Positions 12,200 to 24,488 of a DNA stretch of 36,612 nucleotides are shown here, in pieces. The DNA is from Nemertoderma westbladi. Lineage: Eukaryota; Animalia; Xenacoelomorpha. Where the stretch lies: NCBI GenBank assembly GCA_032718475.1, contig JAUCBJ010002975.1, positions 1 through 36,612 of the forward strand, in the 5' to 3' direction. Both the position numbers and the translations under genes were made by a program. The notes beneath the pieces are model-generated. The model did not search any database, was not told the DNA's origin, and saw only the letters and a list, made by a program, of their open reading frames with translations. Each line of letters begins with the position of its first letter. Position 1 is the stretch's first letter.

Positions 12200-12285
12200 T
12201 GTCCTCCCGATTCGAGGTCCTCATCTGTCGGCTGTAATGACGTTAGCAGTATCATTACCATGACAACAAGCTGCCATGCATCCAT
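12200..12285 (-). CDS. CUBN: Cubilin-like gene, first coding exon with signal peptide (MDAWQLVVMVMILLTSLQPTDEDLESGG-Q)
   Basis: ATG at 12285, hydrophobic core, consensus donor |gtaagt; ends in phase 2 (CA), completed by the first base of exon 2 to give Q-PRI as in cubilin QPRM. Confidence 0.75.
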
Positions 12286-12639
12286 CGCAACCCCGTTTCC
12301 TATTGTCAGCTAATAATTGATGAACTAGAAAAATTACTCTAAACTAAGTAAAAACAAGTGATTGGAAAAGTAAATTAAATAAGTAAATGTATCGAGTGCA
12401 TTGAGGCTAATTTAACCAACAGTTACACCCCAAATTTGTAAGCGTATTTGAAATGATTTACTGTTAGACTGTTACTAGTAGGCCTACGCAGTGATCTTTT
12501 TCCGTTTTTTTTTAAATTATTTTGTCCTTTTGTATTTGTCTGTTAAGAATATAAATTATTTGTTTTTAATATTGTTTTTGTTAATATTTTTCAACTGTTT
12601 TGATTAGATATTATCTGATATGTATTAATTATATCTACA

Positions 12640-13140
12640 TCATTGTTCACTTTTCTACATCACTTTTAAGCGTTATGACCTGAGTGTATTTATGTACCGA
12701 GTGAGCACAGAGAGTGAGATTGATATAATAAATAAACGAGGGTATTTTAAAGTTGAATAGTGAGTGCCCCTTTCATCTTCATACAATTAATTTTGTTACA
12801 GAGTTGTTACCGGTTACCGTTACCTTCAAACATTTAGAGAGTTTACTGCTTACTGTCGGTGTCATCTTATATATTACGCTATATTGCCGGTCATGATGAA
12901 ATTGAAACAACAAACATTCTAGAATAATAAATATTTGTAAGTAGAAGGTGTTAATTAATAAATGTATCGGTACCAGGATAACTTGACAAAATGTAACATT
13001 GTGTACATAATTTGTATGAAAAGGGCAATTTAATACAGCCTAAAGGACCCTTGTTAATTTATGTATAAACTTCCCTCGCTGCGCTCGTTCGCTACATCTC
13101 AGAAAAGTGCTACTTCTCACACAATGATGGAAATAGTTTT
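12640..13140. mobile_element. Degenerate relative of the 5781-6433 hairpin element
   Basis: Shares AGCGTTAYGACCYGAGT-TATTTATGTACCGAG, AAAAGTGCTACTT, CACACAATGATG and CTTCCCTCGCTGCGCTCG motifs in both orientations. Confidence 0.5.
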
Positions 13141-13505
13141 GCTATCAGATTTTAAGCGTCTTGAAAAATACCAAAAAGCAGCTATAAAAACAATATTATA
13201 ATATTAATTGTTATTATTGATACAATTTGATTATTTTTTTTCCGTTCTATGTTCAGTTTATTCGTGTGTTTTGTTCCTCATAAACACTATTAGGTAGGGG
13301 AGAGTAAGGAGGGTTGAACCAAAATTTACAAAAAATGTATCTCCCTGTTCTCCCCTACTGTACCTAAACACTATTAGGTAATAATTATTATGCTTGATAG
13401 TTACAGTATTTAGCATTTTATTATTTTATGAGTGCAATCCGCATTAAAAAAGTGTTCGATTGTTAAAAATTGCAGACTTTACAAACCAGAAGAGGTGGGT
13501 ACATC

Positions 13506-13888
13506 TACTACTGTCGAGCTAGTTCGGACAGTGGAAATGAGATCCTTCCAGGCTTCCCGATTCTCCAACTACTACTAGGTCGAGCGAACTCGGACAGTGG
13601 AAATGAGATCCTTCCAGGCTTCCCGATTCTCCATAGTTGTCGCAATTTCGTTTCTCCCAAGTTCAGTATCCCTTTCAAGTTGGTCTACATATGTTATGGC
13701 CCGTCGTCCACGACTACGCTTTCCATGAGTTGGTTGCCAGAAAAGTAGATCTGGTATGACCTCGTCTTTACTTCGCCAGCAGTGCCCACTGAATCTTAAT
13801 CTGCGTTTACGGAGGGTGGTTGATACAGGTGGTATCGTACCATAGAGCTCGGCGCTTGTCATGTCTCCAGCTGATGTTTAGGGCTGCT
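13506..13888 (-). mobile_element. RTE-like LINE 3' fragment with duplicated 3' end
   Basis: AALNISWRH/…ELYG…LRKRRLRFSGHCWR…LLFWQPTHGKRSRGR…TYVDQL…MENREAW is a typical RTE-group ORF C-terminus; ends in a short (TAG)n tail; the last ~60 bp are repeated at 13506-13567. Confidence 0.85.
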
Positions 13889-14679
13889 CAACTAGTAGAG
13901 TACATTACCGCCCTTACAGTACATAAAACACATGAAAAAATACTAACGAAAAGTCGAAAAATAATAACAATAATAACAGAAATAAAAAAAAACAGACCAA
14001 AAATCGGACAACAAATTAAAAAACAAACATTATGAGATTAATTGGCAGAATGGAAAGTATCTAAACTAGAAAATGTTAATCGAAGCAGTAAAATTAATAG
14101 AAAATAATTAATTGCAAATAGATATGTTTGCTACCTGCTGAGTACCTCTACCGATAATCTTATATGCGAGTGTCAGCTACTTTCAGTTCTTTGTCCCAAA
14201 TAATTGTATAAACCCATTTTATATAACAAAAATAATAACACGCTATCTGGAAGTTCCAAATGTGGTTTGCCATTGTTACTTGACTAACAACACTTGACTT
14301 CACAATGAAATTTAAATCACATAACATTGGTATTAGGGCAACCAGGAGAGAACTCTGATTGGTCAATGTAGTATAGCCTATCAATAGTATCATCCAATGA
14401 GGATGCAGTATTCCTATTGGCCCTCCTCTACCTGTGTTGTACAACGCATAGGAACTTAGGAACTTATAATTTCCCGCTGGTTCTAGCGTCCTCTACGCAT
14501 GTTAGTACTTTACAATTTAAAAACTTCTTGCAATTAGAAACCTTTAGTTGATAATTAATTATGTTTATATTTAATCCCAACTTGTCAATTTCAAAAAAAT
14601 TACCAGTGCGGTAGGTTGGTTTGTACACGTTCGTGGGGCCTTTGCGCAGCACGTAGTATACAACCATACAGGTTGGGTG

Positions 14680-15045
14680 CAACCCTCGCCCGCGTGCAAC
14701 CTTCGCCCGCGTACAACCTTCGCCCGCTTACTACATTCGCCCGCGTCCAATCTTCGCACGGGGGAAACCTTCGCCGGCATTGCAATCTTCACCCGCGAGC
14801 AACCTTCGCCCGCGAACAACCTTCGCCCAATAAGATTTGTGTTACTAACCCTTTTCGTTACCAATTGAGGGAAAGGAGCAGGTTACAGAGACGGCTTTTT
14901 CTAACCAAAACAATAAACGATGTTGTTACCAATTGAGGGAAAGGAGCAGGTTACAGAGACGGCTTTTTCTAACCAAAACAATAATTGTTTACTGGGCGAA
15001 GGTTTCCGCCGGGCGATAGTTGCTCATTTTATGGGCGAAGATTAC
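14680..15045. mobile_element. MITE-like element with ~17-bp sub-terminal repeats and a 60-bp internal direct duplication
   Basis: CAACCTTCGCCCGCG repeats at 14680-14830, inverted GGGCGAAG copies at 14993-15041; GTTACCAATTGAGGGAAAGGAGCAGGTTACAG...CCAAAACAATAA twice (about 14857 and 14925). Confidence 0.65.
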
Positions 15046-15742
15046 AGTTATATTTTACTTTGCAGTTTACCCCCATGTGAAGTATAATACCACTTACCAG
15101 GTATTTCACTAAAATTCCAAGTTACAGAAGTGATGATTCTAACCAAAACAACAAACGAATTAGAATCTGTACAGGTTATGAGATTTAAAAAAGCGCTATA
15201 AAACACGTTATAATGAGAAAATTATAAAAACAATTTAAGCATAAAACCATTTAATTAAACAATATTTGTATTTAAAACTTAGTTGTTGTGCGTTGCGTAC
15301 GAGATAAATCTAAAAAGGAAACATTAATTGAAACATTATTAACAATATATTCATGTAATAGTAAATGGTTTCCGAACTAAAATATAATAAAATATAAACA
15401 AACTTTACAAATAATATAAAACTTATCATAATTACAAAATACCACCAATTAATTCATATAATCCGATTAAGTTTCTTATTTATTTCAGTTATATTTGAGA
15501 AAATGGAAAAAAACCTTGAAGCGAAATTACCTTTCTTTACTTTCAGTATGCTCTATGGCGAAAAAGGTGGATTTAGGAAAAAAACTTTGCAGAAGTAAAT
15601 TGTTCTTTAAGATTTAGTTAATAAAGTAGTTAAATTTTTCACATAATAATTCGCTTGTTTTTTACTCAATTCAATGGAAAACAAGTCTGATAAATTAAGT
15701 GTAGATGCCCATATTTGGAGTTGGTTAAACAATTTAGGTAGT

Positions 15743-16850
15743 TTATGTGGATGCTTCTATGTTTAAGTGCTGGTAAACCGCTTTAATACAGAAAGTTTCC
15801 TCGTTGCGATCGTCCACGTCGTTTACGAAGAGAAGGATCTCAGTGACCCCTTGGGAGGCGACCGGGGAGAACTTCAGCCCGATAGCGTGTGATTCCCGGC
15901 CTTCTATACGAGTCTGGGACTCTTTGAACTGGAGTAAATCGTCGCGGTTCGAACGGAATCTAAAGGTTTTAGCGTATTGGTAGGGGTTGGTGAACGCAAT
16001 GCGTTTATTAGAGCCGCGACCTCCTCCGACAGGGAGAGAGATCTCGAACGCTTTAGAGATGTCGGGGAGACGGCAGGTGAGACAGACGAGCCACGATCTC
16101 ACAACTCGATGTAACTCGATATCCACGGCGTTGACGTAGATGAATTTACTCCCGAGTTCGAGGGGGCGAACGGAGATCTCGAGCTCGCGAGCCGAGCTGT
16201 GAGCGAGCATAAAGGGTTCCGAAGGTACGAGTTGCATCTCGCGAGGCGCGCTCGTGAAACAACGAACCAAGCGAGCGGGGCCCCCGCGTAGCACGAGGTT
16301 GAACCGGGTCGTCTGGCCCTCGACGCAACTCACATCGACGCGTTGGAGAGCGTGCACGAGGAACTGCCAGGTCTGCGCGGGTTTAGCGGCGAACTCGTCG
16401 AGAAAGACGAGCACAAAGAACTTCTTTATAGAAGGCGAGGCCCCGACTGGGGATTTAATAGCGACATCTAGCGGATCTCCCGGGTGCGAATAACGGCCGA
16501 GTGCGATTACTTCGGGGTCGCTGGATATCGCGCGGAACTGAACCGGCTGATCGCGAGTTGCGACGCTGTGGTAGGGAGGCAGACGAACCGTTTTCTTTAG
16601 GAAGGTTGACTCTGGCTGCTGGAAACGGAATGTTTGGTCTACCAGTTGGGGCTGCGGCTCGACAGCCAATGAGAGTATCGCCACCGGTTTGTGAGCCTCC
16701 CCCTTGAAGTAGACTCGTATGGTCCGCGTCTGGAGGGCCGTGTCCACCGTGATCTCTCGGTTGCTCAGCGACGACAACGCGCCAGAGCTGGATTCCAGAC
16801 GGTCCATGGTCTCGGGTTTAGTGGAATGGTCGGCCGTAAAACTCTGGTAT
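15743..16850 (-). CDS. NPHP4: Nephrocystin-4, last coding exon
   Basis: Acceptor tctcttccag| in phase 2 giving PFR-YQSF; motifs VDQTFRF, QTWQFLVHALQRVDV, KRIAFTNPY, LLQFKE, EETFCIKAVY; TAA at 15743. Confidence 0.93.
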
Positions 16851-17039
16851 CTGGAAGAGAACAAGGGATCAAAATCTCAAAGTTGTCAGGAACATTGTAA
16901 GCTACTGTAAATCGAGTTATTTACTTATTTTAAATCTTAATTTTTATTTACTTATCTTAAACAATCTCTAATTTCCTCCATCTCTATAATCCGCCTGCTG
17001 CAGTGAATCTGCACGCACAATGAGATGCTATGCCAAGGT

Positions 17040-17320
17040 TCCACCTTGGTGTAGTGGTTGCATTGAATTCACATCTCCTGTAGGTCGTGGGTTCGATCCT
17101 CACATGGGTCAGGGCAGTTTTCGTTTCGGCACGAATGCTTTAAAGGGACCAGCCAGGGCGCATCTCTGCCTTGCATCCTTAAGTGGTAGCTAAATGAGTA
17201 CTGGAGTTTCCTCTGGGGAGTAAAGTTCTGGGGGGACCGCACTGGTAAGTCGTCAGACTTTGTGCGTAATCCCTGGCCTAACGGCCGAAGAAAATTTACT
17301 TTACTTTTTACTTTACTTTA
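17040..17320 (+). mobile_element. tRNA-derived SINE with V-domain-like core, in NPHP4 intron 3
   Basis: A box TGGTGTAGTGG (17047), B box GGTTCGATCC (17090), GCCTTGCATCCTTAAGTGGTAGCTAAATGAGTAC resembling the V-SINE domain, (TTTAC)n tail. Confidence 0.8.
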
Positions 17321-17502
17321 TGCTGGCTTAACAAAAAAATGTTTACGTAATGTTAACAAAAAAGTAAAATTTTTTTATTTTCAAAAAAATACTAAGCTAG
17401 TACAAAAAAACAATAGCTACCATTAAAAAATACCTATTAAGGTTCTAGAACATTCAATTAAATTTGGTCCCATTAATATGTATGTTTTGGTACCGAATTG
17501 TC

Positions 17503-17845
17503 CTAGTCAGTATCAGTCAGGACAATTCGGTCCCGGTCACGGCGAAAGCAATGTCCTGTGAAGCGGAGGCGGCTTTGTTCTAGTGTCAAGCTTGGGGGAA
17601 CCAATGAGCCACCTCCAATGTCATATAGTGTCTGGTTGGAGATGTGTGCATTGTACTTGACACACTGAACCCGGCGTAGCATTCTTGTGAATGTGCCATC
17701 CAGAGATTTGGTGTCCTCAGCAGTTAGAGCCCAGCATGGACTCCCATAGAGGAGTACTGGAACTACTGCTGCTCTAAATAATTGAACCTTGAGGTTTCGT
17801 TTTATTCTATATGGGACTTCCAATTTCTGAAAAGCCACAGCAGCA
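17503..17845 (-). mobile_element. RTE-like LINE fragment (region after the RT domain), in NPHP4 intron 3
   Basis: LKVQLFRAAVVPVLLYGSPCWALT...LDGTFTRMLRRV...HISNQTLY...RLRFTGHCFR. Confidence 0.85.
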
Positions 17846-18216
17846 TATCTCCAATCTATCGTTATTGTTGGTAAAATAATGACTTAGCTGTTGGGGGCCG
17901 GGCCGGACACAAAGAGACTGACAAAGATTTCCCTCTTATATAACGTGAATATATTTCTAAAAGGTAAAATTGGTAAATATTGACTGTTTTTCCTTTGCCA
18001 CTTTGATGTTTTTATTAACTTATTGAATGATAACTGTAAACTTAAACGCGACGATATTCCGGGCATCCATTCCCGTTCCCTAGGTGACGTCTATTATGGA
18101 AGACCCTTAATGGATATACCATAAATAAAAATATAAAATTAGAACAAAATTTTCAGGAATAAAATAATTTTGATTAAAATTTAATAATCTCATAAATATA
18201 TCAAGTAAATGTTTAC

Positions 18217-18551
18217 CTGAATGGGATGTGGACCGCCTCTCTGGGCCTAAGAAACAGCTCTATAGCCCCATCTGTCCCACCCACATTGAACATGTTCTCC
18301 TCCACAGGTGTGTGAGTGTCAGTCAGCTGTTTGAGATGACGCCACTCGCGTGTATCCGTGACTACCTTTAGGTCTGCGTCGCTACATTCTACTGACAGCG
18401 TGAGTTGGTGGTTGAACGGGTTCTGTAGGTGGAACTCAAAGAATTCAGCTGTACCGAAGGAAGGATAGATTGTGTGGCTAGTGGTTATGGATGATTGTAA
18501 CATGGTTTTAATACCGTCTTCTTTGGTTCTATCCCGACAATCTTGAATGAC
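18217..18551 (-). CDS. NPHP4: Nephrocystin-4, coding exon 3
   Basis: Acceptor ctccgtag| and donor |gtaaac; phase 0-2; motifs ITTSHTIYPSFGTAEFFEFHLQNP, EWRHLK, TPVEENMF, LFLRPRE. Confidence 0.93.
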
Positions 18552-18593
18552 CTACGGAGACAGTTTTTATGAAAAGTATATATTAAAGTAAAC

Positions 18594-18905
18594 TGCCGTC
18601 CTAAGGCAAACCATGTAACTCGAATTTTGAAGAAAATGAGATATTGGTATCATTTTAAAGCTTACGGCGAGCTCTATCTGGTGGTAGATGCATTATATGA
18701 ATTTGTTACGGCGTGCCAAGGCAGAACCATGTAACTCTCATGTGATAATGACACTCCATGTAACTATAAGCGCAAACCATGAATCTCATGCGAGTTACAT
18801 TGTTTTGGCTTAGGAACAGCTGGGGAAATTTATTTAATTTACATGATGTAATATAAGTAAATAAAGGGCACTGGATAGAATTTGTAAGGTAAATCCATGT
18901 AACTC
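18594..18905. mobile_element. Repeat element with multiple CCATGTAACT motifs and an inverted repeat, in NPHP4 intron 2
   Basis: CCATGTAACT(C) recurs at about 18611, 18727, 18755 and 18895; CCTAAGGCAAACCATGTAACTC is mirrored by GAGTTACATTGTTTTGGCTTAGG. Confidence 0.5.
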
Positions 18906-19701
18906 CAAAATCAAAATAAAATACATTTTTTAAATAGCTAACTTAAGTTTGGAGCTCTAAGACTTTCTACGTTTATCTAAATATACTATTCGACTAATCT
19001 TTAGAGTTGAAAATGTTCACACAGACAATCACATGTTTTCTTGCAGATTCGTTAACTTATAAAAAAGTGCAGAAATGAGACAACAATATACTAAATAATT
19101 AAATTTTTTTTAACAAAGCAGTACCATCAGTGATCTACCAGCGAAGTATATCACGATTTCACTTTAAACAATGGAACTTATAGACTATTTATTTATCCAA
19201 CAAAAACAATAAACTAAAAGAAAAGGCGCTGAGTAGATTTTTGATTATATTTTTAAAAAACCATAATTTACCATCCATCCGAAAATTTAACGTCGACAAC
19301 ATTCTATATTATATTCCTTTTGTTACGTTAATCATGTATGCGTCCACTCTAGTCGATGAATGTAACTTTACTGAACTTTCACACAGTAGTTAGCTGTGCC
19401 GCCCATTTTAATTAATTAATTTAACCGCGTGAAACCGAATCACCATAATACTATTAACTTTACAAAAAATTTACAGAGATTCGACCGCAAAGTTAAAATG
19501 TCGCCAGTGTTGAGAAAAATAATGCGATTAATTATTGAAGAGATCTATAAGTAAATAAGGTATATAAGTAGGTATATAAGTAAACTCATAAAAAAACATA
19601 ATTATAAGTCAAGTTTCATAATTGAATATATCGTAAAGTTCAAGAGCTATGGAATAAATTAAAGAATTGAAGATAAAAATGAAAGTTAAATAAAGACGAA
19701 C

Positions 19702-21161
19702 CTGGAACTCCCTGGATCTATTAACTTTCAACTCTTTCTTCAATGTGGCGTCGGCACTCATTGGAGAAGATTCGGCCATTCCGGACTTCCGAACCAACTC
19801 CATCCGGAGCAGTTTCTTACTCTTAGAATCGTCTAACAGACTGAGAGACGAGCCGCTACGCATACCTGACAACAGAGTCTCTATACTCCTGTCTGATTGG
19901 CTCATATGTAACGCCTTATTAATACGAGACGATCGCCCGAGACTCAGAGTGGATTGGAAACCTGAGGTTATTGACCCGCCGCCGAACGTTGAATGGCATT
20001 GCCTCACTAAGGTCGGAGCCGTTGGTTGCGGTATAAGTCCGTGCGACGCCGGGTAGCCCACGTTAGCCAACCGGAGATGCAGTCTACCCCGAACTACCGT
20101 CCTCACCCCTATGGGTCGCACCGAGCCGCCGCGGGTTAGATCCCCGGTTAGACTGTCCTCGGTGTACTCCGTGGTCACCACGTCCAACTCGTGGGTGGTC
20201 TGCACGGCCTCGCGACCCTGCCGTACGAGATGCCTCAACTCAACGGCCGACGAGCCAATCAGCATCAAGGAGTCGCCGTCCCAACAGTCTATACGGAGGA
20301 TATGGGTTGCTAGGTAACGATGGAACGCCCCTATCTCTCCTGGTCGCATAGCAACTGGGTCTATTAGATACTTCAAAGTTAACCCTAAAGCCCCGGAAGT
20401 TACGTTGTCATTGGGGTCTAGACGTTTCAAAATAAAAGGTAAATCTTCTCTAAATTCGCTTTCAAATTTGTTTTCTATGTCGCCTAGCAACAGACGTTCT
20501 GTCGATATTTGAGGGAATCGATAAAATTGGAAAGTGAAGAAAATTGTAGAAACTGATTGTTCTTTTCCTCCTTTACTGAATGCGAGAAACTGAAGGATAA
20601 TTTCGTTGCATTTTAAGAAGTCGTTTGTTTCTCGTTTTGGGTCGAATGTTGCGACGTCCCAGACGTCCACGGTCTCGGGAACGTTGCCATGGCGATCGCG
20701 CACGGAAGGGAATCCGGCGGAGTAGAGACGGGCGTAGGCGGCGCGGGAGAGAGCGGTGGTGCCGGAGGCGGTGGACCGAGTGGCTACGTGGGCGAGTACG
20801 GGGGCGTGAAGCGGAGTGTAGGGGACCTCGTGGAGGGAGTCCACCACCTCGGGGGGTGGGTAGGAGGGGCGGAGAGAGGGGGTGAGGTAGCGGGGCTCCG
20901 AGGTGAAGGGATGGGGGGTCAGGGAGGGGGTCTGTACGCTGGCGGGATGGGAGGGATGAGCGGGATGAGATACAGGAATCCCGTAATCGTAATCCTCCTC
21001 CCAGTATTCAGGAGTTGCCTCAGGTTTCCTCCGCCGTCTCACTTTTCGTTCTTCCATCTCTTCTTCCCGTTCCTCTGGAAGCCTCTCTTCCTCTTCTTCC
21101 TCCTCTTCAACCTCATCCTCCTGTTCATCAACTTGCTTCTCCCGTTTTCGACGCGGTTTCT
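19702..21161 (-). CDS. NPHP4: Nephrocystin-4, coding exon 2
   Basis: Acceptor tatatttag| in phase 1 and donor |gttcgt in phase 0; acidic and Pro-rich linker, then LSRAAYARLYSAGFP, NEIILQFLAF, FFTFQFYRFP, IDCWDGDSLMLIGS, GRLHLRLANVG. Confidence 0.93.
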
Positions 21162-21484
21162 CTAAATATAATTTGAGAACATGTTGATAGTGTTAAAAAT
21201 AATACTTTATTTTATGGCCAAACAACTAATCTTTGACAGTTGTGAAATACGGTACCGGTATATGAGATTAAACCAAAAATATAATTATTTATTACATGGG
21301 AAAAAAAGTAGATTTTTTTTCACTATTCTCGATGCCTTTTATTTATCGAGAGAAAGCCGCCCCAATAGTAGATTATAACAACAACATTTTCATTGGGTAA
21401 GGAAGTGGAGGATAGCCGGACTTACAACTTAGTTTATATTACACGATCAAATTTCACTCCTAATGAACCCAACATGTATGTACG

Positions 21485-21660
21485 CGAGACAGGGGGGGAA
21501 ACTCGATGCAAAACCCGCCTTGGCGAATTAATATCCCGCCTCAATGTTAAATTCTCAATTTATGGAAAGGAGCAGGTTACAGTGGCACGTTATTTTAACC
21601 AAAACAATAAACTAAACACAATAGAACAGGTTACAGTTTTATTTTTGAGAGTTATCAGCT
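21485..21660 (+). repeat. Dispersed repeat (GGAAAGGAGCAGGTTACAG...AACCAAAACAATAA family)
   Basis: Close inverted copy at 28211-28383; shorter copies near 6795-6845, 14860-14985, 15115-15155 and 28580-28740. Confidence 0.85.
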
Positions 21661-22539
21661 GTTATTTGCGTCGAATTTCCCCTGGAGAGGGATGAATTTT
21701 TATTGCATACAGCCCCCCCCCCCCCCCCCCTATCTGATGTTTTTGATAAACCTTTTGATAAATTTGTTGGCTATACTGTTGGTCACACTGAAATATTTTG
21801 GATGTGAAATGTTACAGCGGTCAGATAAATTTCATTTATATTTTATTATGAGGGAAGAACATACAAAGTTATTTAATGTCTGAAAATGTAACGAAATAAT
21901 TGTTTTGGGGTTTAACTTGGAAGCCTCTCCAATTATATGATACCGGTATAATTATATTTGTAATTATTTCCATGGCTTGGGGGCTTCCACATAAATTTAT
22001 TTGGGTATAATTACTTTGGGGACCGTTGTATGAAACACTTTTATATACCGCTTATAACACACGTCATAAACCGCAACAAATTATATGCACACCTAATTAG
22101 ATACCTTTTTGCACCAAATAAACTCACTTTCCACTAAAAACGGCTCACTTTACCACCAAATGATAGAAGGTCAGTCTATGACCCTCCTGGTAAGGGTCGC
22201 CCTCTCGAAATCCTAGACAAAAAGCGTCTTAAACCCTAAACCTAACTGGAAACCTGGTTTTCAACCCTACTTGAGGCCAATATTGCCAATTAAAGTCAAT
22301 TTGAAGGGCCAAAATTGGCTTCAATTGGAAATCGAAAAATCGAATATGGAATATAATAACATTCGATTCAGCATAGTGTAAAACCTATACTAACGCTAGC
22401 CAACAATACCACGCTATTAGTTTTTAGAATATCAAAATATTATATATTTTATCCTGGAACTACTTCTATTTTTCATGCAAATTATTATAAGCACCTTATG
22501 ATATTTTCATTTTTTTGGATTTGAAAATGTTCTTCGATA

Positions 22540-22679
22540 ATTTTTTCACCTACAGCCCAAATTTCGTAGGATTTCAATGGATGATTACAAAAATACAGTG
22601 GGGGGGGGGGGGGGGGGGGGGAATCGGCCTCCGCCAGTGCAGCTAATGGTCTAAATACCCCCAGTGGTAATAGGGTTAA
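22540..22679. mobile_element. piggyBac-like element end with poly-G tract
   Basis: (G)n AATCGGCCTCCGCC...ATAGGG|TTAA; same style of terminus as 11270-11484. Confidence 0.4.
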
Positions 22680-22939
22680 ATTACTCCGAAATAAGCAATA
22701 GAGCATAAAATAACATACTACCATGATAAGAACACGAAATATCGATTATTAACAATTTCCATATTTGCACAACATTTGCACTTATTTTTGCAATAGTGCA
22801 CTACGATAATTTCCAATGTTGTTTACTATTTATTTAACAAATTATGATCTATTCTGTATCGATTGGTAAAACTTTCAGGTAAAAAGGGCCAGTAGAACCG
22901 GAGTTACAAATGTTTGAAATAAGTTACACAAAAATACAA

Positions 22940-23690
22940 AAGCATTTTATTAGCGAGGTTAATAAAGCGTCGAGAGAATATTGAAAAAAATGTTGTAGTT
23001 ATTTTTCCCATGTAATACGTAATTTTATTTTAATAATGGTACTTTTTTGCTTTCCAGTCAAGTAATAAATATTCGAGAACACTAAATGATTTAACATTGA
23101 GTAAGGCAGCATCAAGAATTGAAGAGTACAATAATTGGAATCTCAGTAACTATAGAAGCAGTAGTATAATACTACTTACATTCATTAGCTACAAGCGTTT
23201 GAAAAAGGTGTCTGTGACGATATTGCTCCATTTACACCGCAGTTATTCTTCAACCTTATAGTGATTTGTTAGAAAGCTGGCCATACAAGGATTCCAAATT
23301 TGTAACACAATCTGGATTTTGTCGTAAAATAGCTGAGATATGAGCGTTTAAAAGTTGTGACAGAATACAGAATTGTAACAGAATTGTGTTACATATTTGG
23401 AATCCTTGCATGGCAATGCAATCTCATGCAATCTCATTACGATTTGTAGAAAAATTTACCTGAACAACGACACTACTAACTGCATATTCCATGGCATGGC
23501 GAATCGCTCTATCTTTTATTAAACAATTAAACAACAAAAAAGTACCAATTTAAGAATAAGATTACGTATTACATGGGAAAAACGTGGAACAATTCTTTCC
23601 AATATTCTCTCAACCCTTTATTAACCTCGTTGACCCTCGGTGAATAAAATGCCTCGAGAATAGTGAAAAAAAGCTTTTTCCCTTGTAATG
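22940..23690. mobile_element. Non-autonomous element with ~110-bp inverted repeats and a terminal hairpin; second IR element nested at 23280-23414
   Basis: 22955-23049 is complementary to 23534-23629; 23568-23689 folds back; nested GCCATACAAGGATTCCAAATTTGTAACACAAT / ATTGTGTTACATATTTGGAATCCTTGCATGGC; fragment at 21290-21350. Confidence 0.65.
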
Positions 23691-24488
23691 AATAATAAAA
23701 GTAAAATCAATGCAATCCAATGGGTTACTTTTTTCCCTAGGAAAAAAAGTACTCCATTATTTCCCGATTTTGGGGTATATTCAAGCGAAAAATTGACAAT
23801 CTAAGAACAAAAGTTTTTCTAAAAAAAATGTCTTATTCTGAAATTTATTGCAGACCTATCACTACGACTACGTACAGTAAAACCATTGTTACCTATTACT
23901 AGTCTCTGCCACATATAAGCTTGGATAATTCACTCAAAACGAGTTAGAAAACCGTTGATTTTAATCTTCCCGGTACGGCTTTCGTAATGAATTTTTTTTA
24001 ATTTAAGAGATACTGGAATTTAAACCGAACATTGAAAAGTTCACAAAATTCTCTATAAACAGTTATTATTATCATTCCTTATTATTCTCGCACCAAAAAA
24101 ATTTACATATATAAAGCGAAAAACAATCACACTAACATACCAACAGGTAAGAATAGAAAGAGTGACGGATGGATAGTTAGCGCTAATTTAATGAAAACAG
24201 CAAAAAATTATAAATTCTTACACATAAGTTTGTCTGTGCCTAGAATTTCTAAACTTTTGATAGACTACATGTTTACCAAGTTTGGTTCCATTTCATCCAT
24301 GATTGACTGACTTATTAGCGTTCAAACATTCTAGCCACAAACCCGCCAACTACGAACAAACTAATACAGTAATAGCTGCCGGAACTCGAGCTGAGCTCCA
24401 GTGATTAATTGAAGTGTAAAGAGATACACAGAAATCAACTACAAATGTTGTTGATATCTTACTCACAGTAAATTATCTCATTACTCAC

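Noticed and set aside
17040-17110. tRNA gene
   Set aside because: A and B boxes are present but there is no convincing cloverleaf; it continues into a SINE body and tail with other copies in the window.
20683-20696. X-box-like GTTGCCATGGCGAT
   Set aside because: Lies inside NPHP4 coding exon 2 and can be explained by codons; the upstream site is a better candidate.
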